This document shows positions 47,460 through 55,917 of a DNA stretch of 55,917 nucleotides, one piece after another (position 1 is the stretch's first letter; the number at the start of each line of letters is the position of its first letter). This stretch comes from Octopus bimaculoides (taxonomy: Eukaryota). Location: the NCBI RefSeq assembly GCF_001194135.2, contig NC_069002.1, positions 6,384,996 to 6,440,912 of the forward strand. The letters run 5' to 3'. The position numbers and the translations under genes were made by a program. Below the pieces are notes generated by a model, which saw nothing but the letters and a program-made list of their open reading frames with translations, had not been told where the DNA came from and did not search any database.

Positions 47460-50400
47460 TTATTTATTTATGTGTTTCAGCCAAGTGGCTGCGGTCATGC
47501 TGGTGCACCACCGTGGAATATATATGTATTTATATTGCATATGTGTGTGGGACCGAGTTTCGCGAATACCATGATTGCGCTATACGAAACTCTTGACTGT
47601 CGAGTCAATTTCTGTCAGTTAAAAAGATATATATTCCTACCAAATGTGTTGAGGGCCATTTTCGTTCCCTTGTCCACGTGTGTGTATGTGTGTGTGTGTG
47701 TGTCTACGTCGCGGTGGTCGTTGTTTACTTCGATTAAATAAAACCGGTGTCGTGTCCCGAGTCATTTTATCCCATAACGTTGGTATTCGAAAATTAAAAT
47801 AAATAGATAAAAAAAATAATTGATAAACTAAATCCGAACCGAAATAAATACTTACAAGGACCGATGGGTGATACTACGAACGAAAAAAAAAACAGAAACA
47901 CATACCCGTGCCTCGGCATGTCTTGTCACTACACACGCACGCACGCACACAGACAGACACACACACACACGCACATGCCTTCGCATTAGCGAACACGTTG
48001 CAGTATCTATCTTTCTCTCTCACTCTCACTCTCTCTCTGTCTATCGCTCTACCCCTCGTTCTTGCCCGCTTTCTCTGTGTCTTTCTTCGCAAACCACGCT
48101 CGTTTGTGTAAGCTGCGAAAGCATCTACCTCCTGATACAGGTGAGTCATTTTGCTTTAACATTACCATCATCATCAATTATAATCATCATCATTATTATT
48201 GTCGTGTGTCCCTGTGGCTTATTAGCCACAGGAATTATTATTATCATCATTATTCTACGTTTCACGTGGATAAAGAGCGAGATGGAAACAGGAAGACGAT
48301 CGTCGTTCGCTTTTCATTCTCTAATTTCTCTTTCACTATTTCTTTTTGCATCTCGTGTCTTCTCTAAACCCAAGTAATCTATGTATATTAAAAATCATGT
48401 CTAATTTATACGTTATAGATACCACTCGTGATGCTTATACAATATTGGAGCATTATATATACATATGTTCTCTATAGCAAACATATGTACGGGTTCGTTA
48501 GAAATTGGAAGAACTATTTCGATTAAAACAAAGGGAGAACCATTTTCTAGAATCTTAAAAATATAAATAGACTAGAAATAATATTTCTTGGGTTATTCTT
48601 TGTTTCAAAGAAGCGAGATGCAGTAGTAATTTTAGTAAAATTCAACACTTCATTATAACAAACAATTCACTTATCCTTGGTCGTCCAGCGATTGAAACAT
48701 AGCACTTTCTTGACTGCTATTTAACCATTGGTCATCTGTGATCGAACACACCCAACTTGGGATCAGTCTTTCATTCCACGATCACTCATCATATTAGAGT
48801 TAGTTTCTTTATTCAAGACGGGTGTTAGTGATTTAAGGAACCCGGCTGCTGTTTCTAGCATCAAGCTATTGCATAAGAAGCTCATTGTGTGAAATATGTT
48901 CACTAGTTTATCTTCGCTGCAATTTTTTCGTACAAGCACCGAAATATGGTTTTTTTCTTCCTCTTTCAGTTCTTTTCTTTTTCCTTTCCTTTTAGCTTCT
49001 TCAGAAATCGTCTTTACCATTCTCCTCCACCCGTTATCTCTGAATTTAGAATTAATTCTAATGGAAAACTGATTTGCGTTTAACCATGCGCTTCGATTTG
49101 ACTTTTATTTTTTGTGATGCTTTTACGTAACGATCGTAAAGTTGAAAAGAATGCACAATAGAAACCTAATTCGATTCTAAAATATTAACAACATAAGCAT
49201 ATTTAATGATATTTTAAATCTATAAATTATACATAGCTGTATAATTTAATCCTCGCTTTACGGTCCTAAAATTCCCTATTATATGTAGGTAAAAGACCAA
49301 TTTCAGTCCGTAAAAGTGAGGATACCCACCAGAGGCGAAATAGAAGCAGATCGTTCTTGTGAAATAAGACACCCAGCATGTGTGTGTTCTTTGTTCTTTT
49401 GTGGTGCCTAAGAGAATCTAGCTGTTATTTCTAGCAAGTTTCGTTATATCTTACAGTCTCGATTATATTTCGGATGTTTTCGCATGTCTTACTGTCTTCT
49501 GAACACCGTGTTCCATATATATATATATATATATATATATTTGTATTGATAGTTTCCTCTTAATTAATTGGCCTTCGTTTACTGCCGGACAAAATTAAAA
49601 GATATATTTGTAAATACGTTAAAATTAAAGCTATTTTACTTTTTTCATTCATGTTTATGTTTTCTATCTTTCCATTACGGATATTGGGAAAGTGGTGTAT
49701 CGGCGGCGGCGGAGGTGCTGGTGTAGCGCAGGTGGTGGTGGGAGTTTGGATGATGAAATATTGCAAGATCTTGCATAGCTTTTGGAAGAGGCGGTACCTA
49801 CTGGTCAATGGGTTTCATGCATAGAAAAAAATTAATAAGGACAGCAAAAAGATGTGATGCTGACAACTATAATGTATTTGATTAGGTCAGTCAACTCGTC
49901 ATGTGTGTGTGAATGTGTGGAGTATGTATGTGTGTGTGTGTGTGTATACACACACATACACGCTCGAAGTAACCTTGTAGTTATTTTCATAAAATATAGC
50001 AGTCAATCGCCCTCATACAACATCTCTATGCGTACAATACACCTGCATACACGCGCGCATGAAGATAATACGATGAAACATTTACGGTGTTACTTAGCGT
50101 GCTAGAAATAACAGCCAAATATCTCAAATTACGCACCTTTATGCAATTTAAGAAGAGGCGGTAATCACGTTGGATATGCTGTTTTTTCATGGCTCCGCTC
50201 GAACAATGGACGCTTGTTAATTTGTAATTAGCCTGGCAGTAATGAAGTTTTGAAGCTTTATGTAATAAAGTACTAGTTTAATAACTTAATAACAGATTCT
50301 TTCATTGTACATTGTAAGAATATGTGGCGGAGGTAAAGAAAACGTACACCACCCGTTTTAGGCCTAACAAAAACCCTAACCCTAAACGCCGGGTGTAAAG

Positions 50401-50911
50401 TATTCTTTACTTTCGCCGAATATGTCACCATGTGACAGCTACACACATACATATATACCCACGTGTGCGTGTGTGTGTTTGTATGTGTATTATGTACGTA
50501 TGTGTGCGTATGCCTACACACACACACACACACATATATATATAATATATATATATATAATCTGCATTATCATTTAACGTTCGTTTCCCATGCTGCCATG
50601 GGTTGGGCGGTATGACAGGAGCTGTCCAACCGTCGAGCAGCCCAGGCCTCCCATTGTCTGTTGTGGCATGGTTTCTACAACTGGATGCCCTTCCTAACGC
50701 CAACCACTATACAGTGTTCTGTTTTTTTTTTACGTGGCACCAGTACATGTATATCTGCATATATATATATACACACACACAAACATACATATGCATATCC
50801 ATGCACACATGTATATATATATATATATATTTTATTATATGTATTTATTTTCTCGTAGTAATAAATAACTCGGATAAAATAAATTGGTTAATAGATACCA
50901 GGGTATTTACC

Positions 50912-50972
<61 letters not shown>

Positions 50973-53879
50973 TATGTATAAGCATGTGCGTATACATGTG
51001 CATATATATATGTATGCATATATATATACCTATGTATATATTTATGCACATATATGTGCATCTATCTAATCATGCCATGGACCTACAATCCTTAAAGCGA
51101 TATTTGCATCCTAGTGTTCAGTGAAAACTAAATACGTTGGTTCTGCATTGATGTATACTGGTATTTAAAACATTTATGAATAGGAAAAAGAAGAAAATGG
51201 AGAAGTTGATATATAGACATCTATTTATTCAAAGATATTCAAATCAATATAATATGAAATTCTTGTCCCTACAGCCATTTCCATGTCCAATTAATTTAAT
51301 TAGAGAAATTAAATTAATATATACATATACATATATATAAACAAACTTTAGGCTGTTTCTATACATAATACTTGATCTCTCTTCTCGAATGTGATCTTTG
51401 CCAGATTTCAGCATATATTATTACTAGGAGTAATATACAACGATATATCAAGAACAGAATAATTACAGAGAAAATTTAAGAACTGTCTTAGATGGGTGTG
51501 AGATTCTTCTAAAGTACCCTCCCAGAATATCCGCCCCCTAATATCTAATTGGTATCACACACACTCGCGCACACATTCGCCTACGCGCCAACCAAGTGCG
51601 CTCACATCCATGCAAGATGTACTTTGGTTCGCCTCCTTTTTCCTTATTTAAATTGTAATTGTTAGTTTAGCCCCTGGCCATTTCTTACCTAGCAGCTGCA
51701 GACATGTTGAAAATTAAAATTAGGGGGGAAAAATAATAATAATAAAAGCTTTCGTGCTGGAACCGCTCTGTCTTAAGTTCGAACTACTTGCATGTGTATT
51801 TTATAGGAAGACAGGCACACAAGCTTAACTGTTCATCTATCTATCTATCTACATACCTACCGACCTATCATCTATCTATCTATCTATCTTTTTCTTTGTA
51901 TCTGCCTGTCTGTCTGTTTCTATCTATCTGAATGTCTATATGTGTGATACATTTGAAGAAGCATACAACAACATTAATGAATTTCTTTATAATATATAAC
52001 ACGGTAGAGTATGATTTGAGGGAGATTTTGCTTCTATTTATAGCAGTCTTTTGCTTGTTAACGGGCTGTCCCCATGCTGTAAGGACTAGCACGAGGTGAC
52101 TTAACCCTTTAACATCGCGCAAGGCTTATGTTTAAAATAGCAGCGTGACTAGGGTCCCATGTAGGAGATAGAAAGAAGGGGAGGAGAGAGAGAGAGTGCG
52201 TGGTCTTCTTCGATCTGTTAGAAATAGCGAATCTTTTGTGTTTCAGTTAAATTTTAAAATTTCAAAAAGCGTGAGCCAAGCAGAAAAGATCCGGAAAAGC
52301 AACCAAAGTAATCCCTTGATACACAACGTCTGCTCTGCTAGAAATAGCTGCCAAATCTCCATAGAAACTAATCCATTTCGTTTCGCTACCGTGAAACACC
52401 TACGCATTCACGAGTAGATGTGATCCTTAGACACGCAGTGCTCGATCTGTTAGAAATAGCAGCTAAATCTCCCTTAAATCAAATCTGAACATCTTGTACA
52501 ACGAAATGACTTGGTTAGATGATGTAGTCTTTGGTATATCTTTAAAAAATCACGTAAACGGGTCCTCTTTGTTCTCTTTATCCTTCCTATTTTAAGATAA
52601 CATGTTGCAGCTCAAAGTGAATTAGGTTGCTATTTTCGGCAGATTGTACTACCACATAGAGGTCACTTTTTATTGACTTTTTTAAGATGGTATGCTGTAG
52701 TTTGACGGGAGATTTGGTTGCCATTTCTAACAGATCAAACTACTCGTTGTGGACCTCGTTTTCGTTCCGTCTTTTTTGCACATGTTTATTTGTGATGTGA
52801 GTTTTGTCTCTGTGTGCGTTTGTGTGTGTGTGTGTGTGTGTATGTATGTGTGTCTGCGTGTGTATTTGTATGATTTTTTTTTTTTGCTTTTTGTTTTAAG
52901 TTGGATTATCTTCTAATCCGCACTGTAAAACATTTTAATTACCATTGCCAGAGGTATTCAGAGTGATGTTGTTAGTTCATCTTTAAACCAGTGCACTAGG
53001 TAAATAGANNNNNNNNNNNNNNNNNNNNNNNNNNNNNNNNNNNNNNNNNNNNNNNNNNNNNNNNNNNNNNNNNNNNNNNNNNNNNNNNNNNNNNNNNNNN
53101 NNNNNNNNNNNNNNNNNNNNNNNNNNNNNNNNNNNNNNNNNNNNNNNNNNNNNNNNNNNNNNNNNNNNNNNGTTCTACTATAGACACAAGGCTAGAAATT
53201 GAAGGGGAGGTGGGGCTTGGCGATTACATTGACCCCAGTGCGTATATTTTCCTCTTGATAAATACACTAGAAGGCAGTGTCTCCTCTACGCTCATCTTTC
53301 CTCTTCAAATGATATTTGAAGAAATTGATGAGAGCTTAGCCAGATACTGTAGGAATGAAGCTGTCTGCAAACCTTTCAGATGGGTCTAATGGGCTTTTTC
53401 TTCTTTTTTTTTTTTTTTTTCATATTTCTGCTGCAGGCACAAGGCCTGAAATATTTGGGGGAGAGTAAGAACGTTGATCCTAGTTACTTGATTGAAACTT
53501 ATTTTAAAGAAGTAGAAGGCGCCGGTGCTGGTGCCATGTACAAAGTACATGTGCCTGTGCCATGTAAAAAGCACCCAACGCACTCTGTAAAGTGGTTGGC
53601 GTCAGGAAGGGCATCCAGCTGTAGAAACCATTCCAAAACAGACAATTGGAGCCTGATGGAGTTCTCTGGCTGGCTTGCTCCTGTCAAACCGGCCAATCCA
53701 TGCCAGCATGGAAAACGGATGTTAATTGATGATGAAGATGATTTAAATGTATATTTATGTATCGTTTTTGTATAGTCAGGATTAACGAGATTCCCCACTG
53801 TCCCGCAAAGGAACGATGGTAACCGCTAGAAAAATTTAGATCCGGTATTTAATCTGTAGTCGGTGTCACAATCGTACTG

Positions 53880-54077
53880 GTCTGAAAAAACATTGTCATG
53901 GAGGAAGAGTAGTCCAAGAGGCAGGCAAAGAACATGACGGATGGAGAATAAATACTACCAGCTGGTTGGACAAAAGTGATGAGGCGGCTGGAGAACTTGC
54001 ACTTAATCAGGAAACTTTAGTTGTAATGTTATGCAGGCGCCACAGGCATAGAATACATAATGATAGTGATGATGATA
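53880..54077 (+). pseudogene. Possible RTE-like LINE 3' end remnant
   Basis: SPRGRQRT*RME resembles the RTE 'RpRGRqr.rW.d' motif and is followed by a TGA-rich tail. Confidence 0.4.
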
Positions 54078-54363
54078 TCTGTGTGTGTGTGTGTGTGATA
54101 TTACCTTGAATTTGTTTCTCAATACAAATCATTGTGTTTGTGTATGTATCTGTGTGTGTGTATGTGTGAGAGAGAGAGGTGACTCATTGAATCATTACTA
54201 TCTTTTAAGTGTTGTTTCAAAGCAATTTGCTCTCAGATCTGGACAATTGAAGTGTGAAGTGTGTTTGACCCTGTAGTTATAAGGTGTTAAGAGTAGTTTG
54301 TGAGCAATAATAGGGATCTAAAAGGATCAAAGGTTTTTTCCTGAGCATTAAGCTTGCAAGGGT

Positions 54364-54681
54364 GGAGGCGCAATGGCCCAGTGGTTAGGGCAGTGGACTC
54401 GCCGTCGTAGGATCGCGGTTTCGATTCCCAGACCGAGCGTTGTGAGTGTTTATTGAACGAAAACACCTAAAGCTCCACGAGGCTCCGGCAGGGGATGGTG
54501 GCGAACCCTGCTGTACTCTTTAAGGAGGCGCAATGGCCCAGTGGTTAGGGCAGCGGACCTCACGGTCATAGGATCGCGGTTTCGATTCCCAAACCGGGCG
54601 TTGTGAGTGTTTATTGAGCGAAAACACCTAAAGCTCCACGAGGCTCCGGCAGGGGATGGTGGTGAACCCTGCTGTACTCTT
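54364..54681 (+). mobile_element. Tandem pair of short family A SINE heads
   Basis: 54364-54521 and 54524-54681 are each ~158 bp, and both stop at GAACCCTGCTGTACTCTT. Confidence 0.92.
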
Positions 54682-55917
54682 CCAGGTGTAGTACCCCTGG
54701 AAACTGATATTCTCTTCAGTTGCAGCTAAACACAGGTGTTACTCTGTAACCGACCAGGTGAGCATGATGTGCAGACAATTTTTTGTAAGAGTGAACGAAC
54801 ATGTGACAATATGTGTGCAATGCATTGGCGGGAAATAGGTAAAAAAAAAAAAAGCAAGTGCAACAACTGGTAGATGTGTGGACAGTAAGGGTGAAATTGT
54901 GCACCCAACACCCACCTTCTCTCTACTCGTGATCCCTCAGGTATTTCAGAAAATTGTGATTGTTAATTGTGGCAGCAGAGAGAAAAAGAGATGAGGGGAG
55001 GGGCTGGGGGAAGAGAGGAGACAGTGATAAGGAGAGATAAGTAGAAATACAGAGAAGAGGTGAGTCAATTGAAAGGCAGAGATAACAATAGATTGATAGA
55101 TTAGGGGGAGATGATACAGACATATACCCTCCCATACACACGCGTGTATACATAGAGAGTGAAATGTAGAGCGAGGTAGCACGAAAGGTAGACAAATGCA
55201 GGGAGAGACAGAAAGACAATAACGGACAGATGTATGCAGAGTGTTTGAGACAACAATCATGTTTGTTTAGAAAGAGGGGTAGCTGTAGGAGAGGTGATTT
55301 TGTGTGGGTGGGTGGCTGGGGGCAGACAGTACAAGAAACTAAACAGATGGAAAAAGAAAATACGAAGCTGGAAGGAGAGAGAGACTGAAACCAGTTAAGG
55401 AATATTTGTGGCTGTTTAACCCCAGGTCAGCTCTGTTTAAGCAAACCTTAAAATCTCAGACATTCCACCAATGGTAATCCTGTCTTATTCAAATAGGTCT
55501 GTCTGGTGTTGTTTGTCTTTCTTGCAGTTTTACACTTTGTGGGCGCTGAGGTTGTTTATTTCGCCAATATTCACATTAAATTCATGGTTATGGCAGGGGT
55601 CGCTTATTAAACAGAATGAGGACCCTGTCTGACTGATTCCTGCATTCCATGAGGTCCTCCTCCCTTGTTTGGTTTTTTCCTGTATCATGTCATCCAATGC
55701 AATGCACCAGTTTATGTTTCTTTAAAAAGTCTGTTGGGTAAGATTCGAGGCAGATTTGGCTGCTGTTTCTAGCGACCACATAGCAATATCTCTTGTTGGC
55801 TTGAAGAACATAAAATTTTGTGTGTGTGCGGATATATTTTTTAGAAGAGATAACAATTGTTAGCCTGAAGTTTATTTCATTTTGTTGTCTTTTTTTTTTT
55901 TTTTTTTTTTTTTTTTT

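Noticed and set aside
55528-55610. CTTGCAG acceptor as SLC7 exon 2
   Set aside because: Reads LHFVGAEVVYFANIHIKFMVMAGVAY*, with no LAT TM5 motif and an in-frame stop.

Overview
AT-rich, microsatellite- and retroposon-dense animal genomic DNA with 12 N-gaps. The repeat families look like those of Octopus (inferred from recall; needs a BLAST or Dfam check). The only well-supported host coding sequence is one 439-nt exon (+, 14071-14509) of an SLC7 L-type amino-acid transporter light chain (LAT1/LAT2-like), ending at a GTAAGT donor. I could not find the next exon in the remaining ~41 kb. The rest is mostly tRNA-derived SINEs, which I label families A-E locally, plus decayed LINE fragments (Tx1/L1-like, HERO/NeSL-type RLE, R4/Dong-type, RTE-like, possibly Penelope-like), MITEs (hAT, piggyBac, Helentron-type) and simple repeats. 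The most notable unexplained structures are: (1) hammerhead-ribozyme-like motifs, both in the two arms of an ~850-bp foldback and in a dispersed minimal-hammerhead repeat; (2) two independent SINE insertions at the same site inside older copies of the same family; (3) a SINE 3' tail also found at the end of a HERO-type LINE remnant; (4) divergent strong splice donors around a CpG-rich island at ~47.9-48.1 kb. All alignments and pairings were done by eye, and coordinates of decayed repeats are approximate. There is no CRISPR array or prokaryotic system.
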